From Octopus sinensis (lineage: Eukaryota), in assembly GCF_006345805.1 (NCBI RefSeq), contig NC_043009.1:48980001-49044000 (forward strand): a DNA stretch of 64,000 nt. The letters are read 5' to 3'. How positions within the stretch are numbered: the first letter of the stretch is position 1; the number at the start of each line of letters is the position of its first letter. The position numbers were made by a program, and so were the translations under genes. The notes under the pieces were generated by a model. The model was not told the DNA's origin and did not search any database. It saw nothing but the letters and a program-made list of their open reading frames with translations. Of this stretch, positions 20,692 to 35,042 are shown in pieces.

Positions 20692-21905
20692 CTCAAAGAC
20701 GGTGCCGCCAAACCGGTTCATACATGATCAAACCGGTTCAAATGTCAGGAATATCAGAGATCTAAGACGGTGCCGACTGAGATCAAAGAGTGTGCCGACA
20801 AAGATAAAATACGGTGCGGCCCAACCGGTTCAAATATCTGGAATGTCAGGAATGTCAGGAATGTCAGGAAAGTCTATAATGTCTGGAATGTCAGGAATGT
20901 CTGGAATGTCAGCAATGTCTGGAATGTCAGTGATCAAAGACGGTGCCGACAAACTGGGTCAAACCGGATCAAACCAGATCAAACCGGTTCAAACTGGTTC
21001 AAACCGGTCCAAACCGGATCAAACCGGATCAAACCGGTTCAATTGTCTGAGATCAAAGACGGTGCCGACAGAGATCAAAGAGTGTGCCGAAAAGATCAAA
21101 GACAGTGCCGACCAACCGGTTCAAATGTCAGGAATGTCAGGAATGTCTGGAATGTCTAGAATGTCAGGAATGTCTAAAATGTCAGGAATATCAGAGATCA
21201 AAGACGATGCCGACTGAGATCAAAGATTGTGCCGACAAAGATCAAAGACGGTGCCGACTGAGATCAAATATTGTGCCGACAAAGATCAAAGACGGTGCCG
21301 ACAAACCGGATCAAATGTTAGGAATGTCTGGAATGTCTGGAATGTCAGGAATGTCAGGAATGTCTGGAATGTCAGGAATGTCAGGAATATCAGGAATGTC
21401 AGTAATGTCTGGAATCTGAGGAATGTCTAGAATGTCTGGGATGTCTGGAATGTCAGTAAGGTCAGGAATGTCTGGAATGTCAGGAATGTATGGAATGTCT
21501 GAGATCAAAGACGGTGCCGACAGAGATCAATGAGTGTGCCGACAAAGATCAAAGACGGTGCCGACAAACTGGTTTAAACCGGATCAAACCTGTTCAAAGC
21601 GGTTCAAACTGGTTCAAACCGGTTCAAACTGGTTCAAACCGGTTCAAACCGGATCAAGCCGGTTTAAACCGGTTCAAACTTGTTCAAACCGGTCCAAACT
21701 GGATCAAACCGGTTCAAACCGGATCAAACCGGTTTAAATGTCAGGAATGTCTGAGATCAAAGTCGGTGCCGACAGAGATCAAAGAATGTGCCGAAAAGAT
21801 CATAGACGGTGCCGACCAACCGGTTCAAATAACAGGAATGTCAGGAATGTCTGAAATGTCTGGAATGTCAGGAATGTCTGGAATGTCAGGAATGTCTGAA
21901 ATGTT
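20692..21905 (+). repeat. Right modular minisatellite array, same modules and orientation as the left array
   Basis: Same 10-, 9- and 22-bp units in the same cyclic order. Confidence 0.95.
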
Positions 21906-23029
21906 CTTTTATCTGATCTCCTCAGTTTGAAGGGAGAGCGAGAGTGCGACCCATGATCAAAGAAATGACAACCCAGCCGCAACCTTCCGAATATCTTCTG
22001 TTTTTTTTTTAGTTTTTCATCTTTAGACTGAACTATATATTGTGTGTTGCTGTGTGTGTATGTATGTAAACTGAACTATATTTTATCTTTCTATTTTGCT
22101 TTGTTTGTTTTCTAATCACTTTAGTATATGATTTGATAGAGATTTAACTGCTTTGTCTAGCATAAGAGAAGACTTCATACTGGCCCTTTTACCGTTGATT
22201 AAGTAAAACGTAGATCCGTGTAGCAATGCACGATATCTTTATCGTTTCCTGCAACCCAAATTAATGAATGACCATTAAGTTGAAAGGCCATTATTTAGTC
22301 ACTTACAAATTCAATTCTTTCTTTTGATTCTCAGAATTATTCAAATTTAATCAAATTGCAGTTGATGCCAAAATGTTCGGCTTTTCCATTGTTGTGTTCA
22401 AATTTGATTTAATAACTTCCTTGTTGCAGGAAAATGTCCAAAGAATTTTGCAATAATTGTTTCGAAAACCACTTCTGTATTCTTCTCAGGAATCTGACAT
22501 ATTCTTGGCATTTGGCCTCGTTTTATCCCTCACCCTTTCCTATCCACAGAAGCACCATTAGTAAATTATGTTGATTTAATTTAACGTGGATGTCAATTGA
22601 CCATCAACTAAAGGTTTTCTGGTGTTCTTGACAATCAGGCTTCGGCCCACACGTGATTATATATGTGTGTCTTTAAATGTATGATTCTGTAGTATTCACA
22701 GTCGACATATAAATATAAATACATAAATATGAATATATGCGCGCGCGAGTTAATGTGGGATGTTGTTCGTGTCCGTGTATTTCTATGTGAGATCCCCCAT
22801 CGTGAGCGTGCCTTTGTTGTAGTCTGTTTAAGTTTCTATACATACATACAAACCTACATACATACATACATACAGACAGACATGCATAGCAACATACACA
22901 CAAGCAAACACAAACGCACGGATACACCAACGCACACATGTATATATGCAGAAACAGATGGGAAGATAGCTGATAGATAAACAGACAGATAAGTAAATAC
23001 AGGTGTACATACGTACATACATACAAAGA

Positions 23030-23163
23030 TTGATAGACAAAAAGAGAGATATATAGATACATTAGCTGATACATGGCTAAACAGATAGATAGATTGATAG
23101 ATAGATAGACAGACAGACAGTCAGACAGACCGACAGACAGACAGACAGATAGATAGATAGATG

Positions 23164-23221
<58 letters not shown>

Positions 23222-23315
23222 CAGGTAGAGACAAACAGATAGATAGGGAGCCAGCCAGCCAGCTAGCCAGACAGACAGACAGATAGATAGAAATATATGT
23301 ATATTTATAAATAGA
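23030..23315. repeat. (GATA)n/(GACA)n microsatellite
   Basis: Direct reading. Confidence 0.9.
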
Positions 23316-24188
23316 TAGTTGGTCTGATCGAAAAGTATCCGGACTGCTGCCATAGTAACGAAGTTAAACCACGCAGAGTGAAGCTGCTTTGCACAAATTG
23401 ACATTGAACTTACTGTGCATGTGCACTGAGTGTTAAAGTTATATATGACTTCCACTGTTTACAGCAGTGCTTGGAAGGAGCGTGTGTAGCGTGTGGTCGT
23501 CGCATTGACCATGACAGAGAAAGTTAAGCAGAGAATGTGCATCAAATTTGGCGAAAATGTTGGCAGTATCTGCTCAAAGGTCTACGCAAAGTTTTCAAAA
23601 TGTTTTCACCGTTCTCGACACAATCAAGGAGGTCTTGTGCAACTGAAACCAGAGTGTATTTTTGCTCAACTGAAAGCGGTTTTGGTGTAAACTTGACAGA
23701 CATTCGTCTCATAATCAAATCTTCATTGATAATGGACTGAACTGAGAGGCAACTAATATGCAATCCTCTGATAACTCACGGATTTCGACGATTTCCCATT
23801 ATATCTGCAAGCACATCTGCAATGACTTTCTTACTTTAGCAGGAGGCGGGTCTCCCAGAACGTTCAACAATTTCGGCCACCTTGGAAACGTCTAAACGAC
23901 TCGTGTGCGGCTCATACACTCATCTCCATACACTTTCTGCAACTTTCCGTAGGCCTCTGAGCAGGTATCACCGTGACAACTTTCTCTGTCATGGTCAATG
24001 CGACGATCATACGCTACACATGTTCTTTCAAAGCACTGCTGTAAACAGCAGAAGTGTGCTACGACGTTAAAACTATGTGCGTAGATAGAGCAGTGTTCAA
24101 GATCAATCTGTGTGTAGCGGTTTCACTTTGCGTACTTTAGCTTTGTTACTATGGCAACATTTCGGATACTGATCGATCAGAACTCGTA
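23316..24188 (-). mobile_element. Non-autonomous Tc1/mariner derivative with ~210-bp inverted arms (copy 1)
   Basis: Termini TAGTTGGTCTGATCGAAAAGTATCCGGA and TCGGATACTGATCGATCAGAACTCGTA. Mariner transposase fragments include IMRRMSVKFTPKPLSVEQKYTLVSVAQDLLDCVEN. Confidence 0.9.
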
Positions 24189-24189
24189 G

Positions 24190-24570
<381 letters not shown>

Positions 24571-24749
24571 ATATCATGTTTTAAATAAGTTTCTAAAACA
24601 AAACACTATTATTTAAGTTAGAAAATAAATGTAAAATATTAAAAATGTATATTCATACGCATGCAGATCATAAGCACTTGCACATATGCACTTACACATT
24701 CACAGTTTTTGTATGAATGCTTTTTTTTGTGAATGAATGTATGCATACA

Positions 24750-24817
24750 TGCATTTATATATATATACACCCATGTAACATATATTTACAAACACATACA
24801 CGTATATATATATAATA

Positions 24818-24874
<57 letters not shown>

Positions 24875-25168
24875 AATATATATATATATTGTACGAAGAG
24901 GGGTGATATTTACTTCGTGTAAAAATATAATAAATATGTACTTTAGAAGAAGCATTGAATAATTCTTCAGTTTAATGTTAAATTGTATTTCGCACAGCAT
25001 AACATATAAGCAAATAATGTGTATGTGTGTGTGTGAGAGAGAGAGAGAGAAAGAGAGAGAAAGTGCGTGTGTGCGTGTGTGTGCGTATATGTATATATAT
25101 GTGTGTATGTATGCATGTATGTATGTATTTGAGTCTGTATTTGCATGTGTGTGTGTATGTGTACATTC

Positions 25169-25201
<33 letters not shown>

Positions 25202-25286
25202 AATATTTCATAATATATATATGTACATTATTAAAAGACTATGCAATAATTGTTTTTAGAATGTACTTTAATGTAATCTAATAAAG

Positions 25287-25358
<72 letters not shown>

Positions 25359-25439
25359 CAACGACAACAACAACAACAACAATAATAATAACAATGATAA
25401 TAATAATAATAATAATAATAATTAATAATAATAATAATG

Positions 25440-25508
<69 letters not shown>

Positions 25509-25510
25509 TA
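24750..25510. repeat. (TA)n, (TG)n, (GA)n and (AAT)n microsatellite cluster
   Basis: Direct reading. Confidence 0.9.
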
Positions 25511-26555
25511 TATATGCAAAATACATGTCGAAATTTAAATATCATTAATATTTATGTCAATATTTATATTTCTATAATATGAATTTCTTTGTCGCCGACT
25601 TGTAGGTTCTATTTATGCTTTATATTACCAAATGAGTAGGGATATTGATGTTGCTTATTGTTTTGTTTTGTTTTTAGTTCCAATTTTTATTTATTTCTTT
25701 ATGTATTTTGCCGAATTTGTCTCCCTTGGAAGAAAAGTACTTTACGGAAGCGTCCAGGTAGTGTGCAACGAAAGGACAAATGTTGGAATTTTTATCTTCA
25801 CCTCGGTCTGTTTATATTTGAATGGTCCTATATGCACCCGCAATAATAAGAACAATAACTCTGTGTGTATGGGGGTGATGTCTGTCAGTGAGTCAGTGCA
25901 CGCGTACGTGTTTGTGTGTGTATGTATGCATATACATAAATTTGTGTATATGATATTATGTATAAATACATTTCTACATAATTTATAGCATTTGTGTAGA
26001 TATGTAGATATACAGGAAAAAAAAGAGAGACGACGAGAAACTGATAAATTTCCTGACACTTTGCAATTTTTGTATGCATATATTAATACATAAATGCGTA
26101 TGTTTTGTGTGAGTGTGTATATGTGTGAATGTGTGTGTATGTGTGAGAGGGTAAACGCGCTTTGGCCTAGTGGTGAGCGTGTTGTACGGGCGATTATTGG
26201 ATCATGGTCTCGATATTTGGTTTTGATAGCAATTGTGTCCTTCGGGAAGGTATTTCTTTCTACATTGCTCCACTTCACTCAACTGAAAATGACAACTGGA
26301 AAACGACTGCGACGTACAGGTATTCAAGTAAGCAGCACTGGACACTCAGATACTAAAATATCTTGGAAAACTGTAGAAACACTAGCATTGTGTGCATGTC
26401 GGCTCGAATCAGAGGGAGAGAGAGGGAGAAAGACAGAGAGAGAGAGTGAGAGAGCTATTTTCTTCACACTAGATTTAATTCTCATAGAACTCAAATATTT
26501 ACAAGAGAATTGGACAGATACTTCTTACTTTGCATCTTTAATATTCCTCTTTGCA

Positions 26556-26958
26556 AGGCGGCGAGCTGGCAGAATCGTTAAGCCACCGGGCGAAATGCTT
26601 ACCGGTTTTTCATCTACTGCTACGTTCTGAGTTCAAATTCTGCCGAGGTCGACTTTGTCTTTCTTCCTTTCGGGTTCGATTAAATAAGTACCAGTCACGC
26701 ACTGGGTCGATATAATCGACTTCACCCGTTTGTCTGTCCTTGTTTGTCCTCTCTGTGTTTAGCCCCTTGTGAGCAGTAAAGAAATAGGTACTTCCTCTAC
26801 CGCTACGTTCTGAGTTCAAATCCCACCGAAGTCGACTTTGTGTTACATTCTTTCGGGGTCGATTAAATAAATACCAGTTGCACACTGGGTCGATGCAATT
26901 GACTTAATCCCCTTGTCTGTCCCCTCTGTTCATAGCCCCTTGTGGACAATATAAAATA
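26556..26958 (+). mobile_element. SINE family B with an internally duplicated body
   Basis: Head GGCGGCGAGCTGGCAGAATCGTTA...GTTCTGAGTTCAAATTC; the body block ...GTCGATTAAATAAGTACCAG...GCCCCTTGTG occurs twice. Confidence 0.85.
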
Positions 26959-27185
26959 AATATTCCTTTTGCGCCATTCGTATTTCAAAATACTAAAACA
27001 TAGTTTGAATATGATGCATAAAAATATCTTATGTGTCTCGTAACTACTTTCTCTTTCCTTAAAAGACTTTTATTATTTAGAATTAAACAAGAACGGAAAA
27101 TTAAACTAGAACCGTTTGAGATTCGGACAAAATATCTTGCGTATTGTTCTGGGTTCACAACCCATCAGAGTACAATTTTACCTTT

Positions 27186-27342
27186 CATTCCTCCGGTATC
27201 GGTAAAACAAAATTTCTTATCTATAATATTCATTTATTTCAAGCAGTCAATGTTTCGTATCACATTCCTCCGGTATCGGTAAAATAAAATTTCTTATCTA
27301 TAATATTCATTTATTTCAAGCAGTCAATGTTTCGTATCACAT
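27186..27342 (+). repeat. Recent 2 x 77-bp tandem duplication
   Basis: CATTCCTCCGGTATCGGTAAAA[C/T]AAAATTTC...GTTTCGTATCA starts at 27186 and 27263, with one mismatch. Confidence 0.95.
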
Positions 27343-27599
27343 AGACAAACAGGTCTGTTACCACTGTTTCAACAACTATGCACTTTTGTAAACGCTCTAT
27401 TTTACTAACAGATGTTTAATAACTTATCATCAGCATCTTAAGAACAACAACAACAATATATAATTAAAGTGTGACTATTAAATAGACTCACCAGTTTTCA
27501 AGCCTTATTTGGAATTAATATATTTGTTGATGTTTTCGCCTAGCCACAAGTAAGCCCTGGTCGAACGAACTTGTGTAAAAGACAATGACTTTAGAGGTG

Positions 27600-28348
27600 T
27601 ATATGGTCTGATCAATAAGTATCCGGACTGTTATTTACTGTAGTGTTTGGAAGGAACGTGTGTAGCGTGTGGTCATCGCATTGACCATGACAAAGAAAGT
27701 TAAGCAGAGAATCTACATCAAATTTTGCCAAAAGTTTAGCAAAAAGTTTTCATCATTCTCGACATAATCAAGGAGATCTTGTGTAACTGAAACCCGAGTA
27801 TCTTTTTGGTCAGCTGATCGCAGTTTTGGCAAAACCTTGGCAGACACGCGTCTCATACCCAAATCTTCAGTGATCATGGACTGAACTGAACCGTAACTAA
27901 TCTGCAACTCCTCTGATGACTCACGGGTGATGATTCGACGATTTCCCATCACATCTGCACGCACATCTGCTATGTCTTTCTCAGTTCTGCTGGTTGCGGG
28001 TCTCCCGAAACGTTCGTCAATATCGACATTTTTTCGATCATCTTGGAAAATGTGGACCACTCGTACACTTGTGTGCGGCTCATAAACTCCTCTCCATACA
28101 CTTTCTGCGACTTTGCGTAGGCCTCTGAGCTGGTATCGCCATGACATCTTTCTCTGTCATGGTCAATGCGACGATCACACGCTACACACGTTTCTTCAAA
28201 GCACTGCTGTAAACAGCGAAAGCGAGCTAGAACGTTAAAACTTAGTGCACATGCACAGCAAAGTTCAATGTGCGTAGCCGCTTTATTTTGTTTGCTTTAA
28301 CTTCGTTACCTTGGCAACAATCCGGATACTTATTGATCAGACCGCGTA
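27600..28348 (-). mobile_element. Non-autonomous Tc1/mariner derivative (copy 2)
   Basis: TIRs GGTCTGATCAATAAGTATCCGGA and TCCGGATACTTATTGATCAGACC(GCGTA); same internal organisation as 23316-24188. Confidence 0.9.
27713..28147 (-). pseudogene. Truncated mariner transposase, N-terminal HTH region with no DD34D catalytic domain
   Basis: DERFGRPATSRTEKDIADVR...ELQISYGSVQSMITEDLGMRRVSAKVLPKL matches the mariner GRP...LGMRRVSAKFVPK pattern. Confidence 0.85.
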
Positions 28349-28544
28349 TGTATAACTACATTACCAAACAAGTCCTAAGAAATGACTGTTATTACTCATA
28401 AGTCCAGTGACCCGACAAATAATTTGTCGTTGATATTAATTACAGAATATAGATAATACTCAAGTCATTTACACGTACAAAACCCATAGCAAAGATTTCA
28501 AACTTTGCGTATACAAAAATTCCGATAGTTACGGAACTTTTGAA

Positions 28545-29310
28545 AACGCATACATGCATGCATATATACATATATACATACATGCATACATGCATACATA
28601 AATACATACATACATACATACATGAATACATACATACATACATACATACATACATACATACATACATACATACATACATACATACATACATACATACATA
28701 CATGCATAGGAACACATTCATACGTGTATATATAAATAGGGACATACACACATACATATGTACATTTGTATACACTGATAGGAACACATACATACACTCT
28801 TACTTAGGTACGTCCACAAATACTTACATACATGCATAGAAACAAATACATGCATAGGAACACATACATACAAAAGGACACATACATATATAGGTACATT
28901 TATAAACCCGTACATACATTCACCCATATTCACACATACATAGAAGACTGCTTTTGCACAATATTAATAAAGATACCAACACAGATCTCTATAATATCAG
29001 TTATCACATAAATCGCATTGAATTTGTTGTCATGGTGACTGAAATTATTTTCTTGTTTGCTGTGATCCATCATTTTTGTCCACGATCTTTGCCAACGGAT
29101 TGGTTGGCCTTGTCTATCAATTTGGTACATTTACCACACTGGAACTGTACATGAACTGACAGTCTGCCAGGAATAGTACTACGCTGATTGGGGAGAACCT
29201 TTGTGAAACCACACACACACTGGCACATCACACATCGCACTCACACTCACACGCGTACACACAGATTCACGCAGCTGTGTGTATGTATATATATATATAT
29301 ATATATATAT

Positions 29311-29353
<43 letters not shown>

Positions 29354-29382
29354 AAGATAGTTAGATAGATAGATATAGATAT

Positions 29383-29418
<36 letters not shown>

Positions 29419-29730
29419 TCATATATACGTACTTATATAATGCTTGTATGTACGCATGTATTTACGAATATATATATGCATATGAGTGTGCACATATAGA
29501 CACGTATGTATGTTGTATACGTATTCATGTGTATATACCTTTGTATTTGTGTATATATTATATATGTGTATATATATATGTATGTGCAAACACACATATA
29601 TGTATACTTACGCTTATATTTATGCACATATTATATATGTATACATGTATATATGTATATATACACGTACATATATATATACATACATATATATATATAT
29701 ACATATATATATATACATATATATTATATA

Positions 29731-29777
<47 letters not shown>

Positions 29778-29841
29778 TACATATATAAATACGTGCATGC
29801 ATACATATATAGAAACGTACACACGCACAGATATACATACG

Positions 29842-29890
<49 letters not shown>

Positions 29891-29915
29891 TATCATATTA
29901 TATTACATTATATAA
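28545..29915. repeat. (CATA)n, (GATA)n and (TA)n microsatellite cluster
   Basis: Direct reading; short unique stretches are interspersed. Confidence 0.85.
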
Positions 29916-30379
29916 CTAGCTGAGAGAAAGACGTACAGGCATACTGACCTTTTATGGATTTCCCCGGGGGCCGGTTAGATCGATGAGGTTAATGTTTCTA
30001 TTGAACTTGCTTACATAAGCGTTAGCAGGGAAGACAATACCAGAGGAGTGGCACTCGAAATAGGAGTAACTGGACAACGCAATATATATTGTATCTGGGG
30101 AGAATGAGGCGTACTCGGCTTGTCAGGCTAACATTACGTAACTTATGATAGAAAGCCTGAGAAAAGGAAGAACTTACATAACGATGGCAAGGGTGTTTTA
30201 GTGAATGAGATTTATTTTTTGGGATTTTTTGTAGCTTTTAGTCGAGAAAAATTGTATTGTTCATGTCCGTTTAGCGGTCTTTTAATGGCAGGAGGATGTT
30301 ATGAGCAAGCCAGATGTTTTGAAGATTTTTGTTCATACGATCAGTTTATATGCCTAATGTTAGCACTCGAAGGGACTCA

Positions 30380-30422
<43 letters not shown>

Positions 30423-31374
30423 ACACACACACTTACACTCACACACAGACACACACAAACAGATACACACTCAGGCACACACAGACACCGACACATAATA
30501 TCTGTGAACGCAAATTCGAAAAGAAAAGGCGTTATGGCCGTTATCGTAATAAGTGTTGTGTGGTGTGAAATGGTCATAATGAGAAAACACAAAACAAATC
30601 AAAGAAACAAAGTTACCATTAAATGTTACATATTACTCTTAATGGACGGAAATCCAAGTTGGTTATGTAAGAAATAACAGCCAAATCTCCCACGAGTACA
30701 CTTCACAGTCTCAAGCAATAAAACGGAAAAATATATTTGATATATCAAAGTCGTAGATATACTTTGGCAGAGAAAAATAAAGCAGATGATCAAAGCAGAA
30801 ATGGCTGTGATCGTAGGTCGATTGAATCAAGACAGGAACAAAGCCAAAAACAGCAACAACAACAACAAAAATCACAACAATCATAGCCATAATAAAAATA
30901 GTTACATGCTATGGTGTAATTTTTGGTGATCGTCTGATAAAATAATCACAGTATTAATGATTGAGAAAAGTGACATTCTCTAATTTTGAAAATACACAAA
31001 ATAAGATATATTTGATTAATGAGAGAATGTCAGAAAAATTAATGAGAAAAGGAATCTTCTTGTCTGATTATTATTATTATTATTATTATCATTATTTTGT
31101 TGTTGTTTGTCATTGTGTTGTTACTAGTCATTACTTAAAACAATATATTCTAATAAGTCTTTAGAGGATGGAAGATATAATAAATCAAGCAAACGTACGA
31201 TCGTGTTTAGATGTTTGGCATTTTAAACAGCAGCAGAAATACAAATTGAACTTATTGATATTTTCTAAATGTATTTATGTATTAGTGAGGTCCGTCACTG
31301 TGTTTACATTTGATGGTCCGTCTTGAGTTGAAGATAATGATGATGATATTCATGTATATGTGTATGAAAGGGTG

Positions 31375-31414
<40 letters not shown>

Positions 31415-31417
31415 TCT

Positions 31418-31677
31418 TCTATCCTTTTATTTGTTTCAGTCATTTAACTGCGGCCATGCCGGAGTACCGCCTTTAGTCGAATAAATCGACCGCAGGACTT
31501 ATTCTTTTGTAAGCCTATACTTATTCTAGCACGTTTGCCGAGCCGCTAAGTTACGGGTACATAAACACATCAACATCGATTGTCAAGCGATGGTAGTGAG
31601 TCAGACACCAGACACACAAACATATACATACACACACACACGCACACACACACACACACACGCACGCACACGCACAC

Positions 31678-31764
<87 letters not shown>

Positions 31765-31902
31765 ACGGGCTTCTTTCAGTTTCCGTCTACCAAATCCACT
31801 CACAAGGCTTTGCTCGGCCTGAGGATATAGTAGAAAACACTTAATTAAGTTGCCACACAATAGGACTGAACCCAGAACCATGTGGTTGGTAAGCAAGTTA
31901 CT
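31418..31902 (-). mobile_element. SINE family A, near full-length
   Basis: Both halves and the internal (TA)n(TG)n match the other A copies. Confidence 0.88.
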
Positions 31903-32399
31903 TTATTTCATAATATTTGCCATAAGGCAAATACATAGAGGGAACAGACAAAGACAGACAAACATAAAAGGGGGTGAAGTAGCTTTCAACGATTAAAATT
32001 TAACAATGATTATCATGCAGATGAGATTAAAATTGAATACATTGCTAAAAGCAATGTTTAACACGAAGGAACGTCATTTTACATCCAGAGTAGAACCTTT
32101 GCTCTCTTTCCGTAGCTCCGCTCACTTGGTGCCAGTTACTCCCAGCTTTCTCTGCAGAAGCTTCCACCATTTTCTACAGCCTGATATTACTGCTGAGGTG
32201 ATAACTAAAAAAGTTGACCAGCCCCTGGCCAGATACGAAGGTACCCGTCATAATCCCTTTCAACCGCGTCTTCCGTATTGTTTCTTTCAATATGGCCACC
32301 ACGCAGAAAAAAAACAGGCCTTCCTCTTCCTGCTAAGGGAAGGAGGGGCATAATCTTGGGTTAATAAACTACTTACCACACAATCACCACTGTATATAA

Positions 32400-33270
32400 A
32401 CATACATAGATTCATACATGCATACATACATACATACATACATACATACATACATACATACATACATACATACATACATACATACATCCATAAATGCATA
32501 CATAGATACATACATACGTACATACTTTCATCCATCCATCCACCCATCCATCCATCCATACATACATCCATGCATTACATACATACATACATACACACAT
32601 ACATGAATACATACATACATCCATAGATACATTCATACATACATCCATCCATGCATTACATAGATACATACTTACATACATGCATACACCCATACATCCA
32701 TACATGCAAACATAGATACATTCATAGATACATACATACATACATGCATATATACATACATACATGCATACATACATAGATAGATACATACATACATGCA
32801 TACATAGATACATACATCCATACATAGATACATAGACACTTACATACATACATACATACATACATTCATCCATCCAGCCATCAAGCCATACATACATACA
32901 TACATACATACATACATACATACATGCATTACATACATACATACATGAATACATACATATATACATCCATATATACATTCATCCATCCATCCATCCGTAC
33001 ATACATCCATACATACATACATGCATTACATAGATACATACATACATGAATACATACATACATCCAAAGATACATTCATACATACATCTATACGTCCATC
33101 CCTGCATTACATAGATACATACATACATGCATACATACATACATACATACATACATACATACATACATACATACATACATACATCCATACATAGATACAT
33201 AGATACATACATATATATATATCCATAGATACATTCATCCAACCAGCCTGCCATACATACATACATAGCT
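32400..33270. repeat. Long (CATA)n/(CATC)n microsatellite
   Basis: Direct reading. Confidence 0.95.
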
Positions 33271-33657
33271 TTGACTAAGTTATTCGATTCACCGTCGTAA
33301 GATGGTGCCTGGCGTTCCGTTGTGTCCTTGAGCAAGACACTTCATTTCACGTTTTAGTAGTACCAGCAGTTCAAAAGGGCCAGTTTTGTCACATTCAGTG
33401 TCACTCTGAATCTTTAAGAGAACACTGATATTAAGAGTACGCCTGTTTGAAAATTGTTCATCCATATAACCATGAATAGAAATCTCCATGTATATACATA
33501 CTTGTATATAGGTAAACTCTCACTGCTCTGCGCAGACACATACCCATCACTCACCAACCGCTTAGTCCCACTTGCTTATGCATCCCATCCCTAAACATGT
33601 ACATGTATGTGTGTATATGAAGATAGATAGATATAAACACACACATATATATCTTCA

Positions 33658-33940
33658 AGGCACATGGCACAGTGGTTAGAGTGTCGGGTTCACAATGATG
33701 AAGCAATGAGTTCTATTCCAGGACCGGACTGTCTGTTGTGATCTTGTGCAAGACACTTTATTTCACGTTGCTCCAGTTCACTCAGCTGTAGAAATGAGCT
33801 GCAACTTCACAGGTGCCAAGGGTGGCTGGTATATATGGGCGACTGCTGGTCTTCCATAAAACAACTTTGGCCGGACTCGTGCCTCGGAGAGGAATTTACT
33901 AGGTGCAATCCCATGGTCATTCATGACCGACGGAGCCCTT
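33658..33940 (+). mobile_element. SINE family D
   Basis: Colinear with the reverse complement of 7137-7472, with an internal deletion. Confidence 0.85.
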
Positions 33941-34319
33941 TACCCGTTATCCATACGTATAAGTGAATAAAATAATGTAACGACAAAACATACGACTCGT
34001 AATAATTTATACTTCTCCTCACTGTCATTAAAAAAGCTTTACATATCCAGCGACAAATACCCAGATACCCTTATACACTCATAGAACTTGATCAATTAAA
34101 TGCTCCTTAACTTTGCAATTTGTGGAACTGCATGAGTATAAGCGACAGACATTCGCATCCCGCGCTTTTATTTACTATAATTCTACTTGATTATAGCGAA
34201 ACCGAAGACTAAACTGCAACAACAATAGCAATATCTACCATTACAGTACTACATTTATATTTAGCTGACAGATAAATATTGAACCTGATCAAGACTGATT
34301 CTTTTCTTTTCTAGGCACA

Positions 34320-34685
34320 CGTCCCAAAATTCTTTCGGAAGTGGGCCAGTCGATTAGATTGACTCCAGTACGCAACTGGTACTTAATTTATCGATGAAAG
34401 GCAAAGCCGACCTCGGTGGAATTTGAACTCAGAACGTATCGACGGACGAAGTACCTGTTTCTTTGTTACCCACAAGGGGCTAAACATAGAGGGGACAAAC
34501 ACGGACAGACAAACGGATTAACTCGAATGCATCGACCCCAGTGCGTAACTGGTACTTAATTTATCGACTCCGAAAGGATGAAAAGCAAAGTCGACCTCGG
34601 CGGAATTTGAACTAGGAACGTAACGGCAGACGAAATACCGTCAAGCATTTCGCCCGGCGTTCTAACGTTGCTGCCAGCTCGCCGC
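34320..34685 (-). mobile_element. SINE family B with a duplicated body
   Basis: Reverse complement of the 26556 copy structure. Confidence 0.85.
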
Positions 34686-34965
34686 TGCCACCAAGCCTGA
34701 ATACTCTGAAAAAACACCATGTGTAGGACCTGGACAGACTATTATTTATTTGTTACCTTTTACTTGTTAATCATTAGACTGCGGCCCTGCTGGGGTAGTG
34801 CCTTGAAGAATCTTCAGTTGAATGAGTCGATTCCCAGAACTTATTTTTTAATATTGACACTTATTCTAGCGGTTTCTCTGCCAAACCGCTAGTTAGAAGG
34901 ACGTAAAAACATTAACACTAATCATCTAGCGGTAGCGGGGACAAACATAAACACAAAGATACATA

Positions 34966-35042
<77 letters not shown>

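Noticed and set aside
12314-20727. 1988-aa and other long Pro/Ser/Leu-rich ORFs
   Set aside because: All three plus frames are open because the C/T-rich strand rarely forms stop codons, and monomer lengths are not multiples of 3, so frames interconvert. This is a satellite artefact.
9500-22200. Helitron/Helentron, LTR or TIR termini delimiting the array
   Set aside because: I could not find a TC...CTRR end with hairpin, subterminal IRs, TG...CA LTR ends or a TSD by eye, so mobility is unproven.
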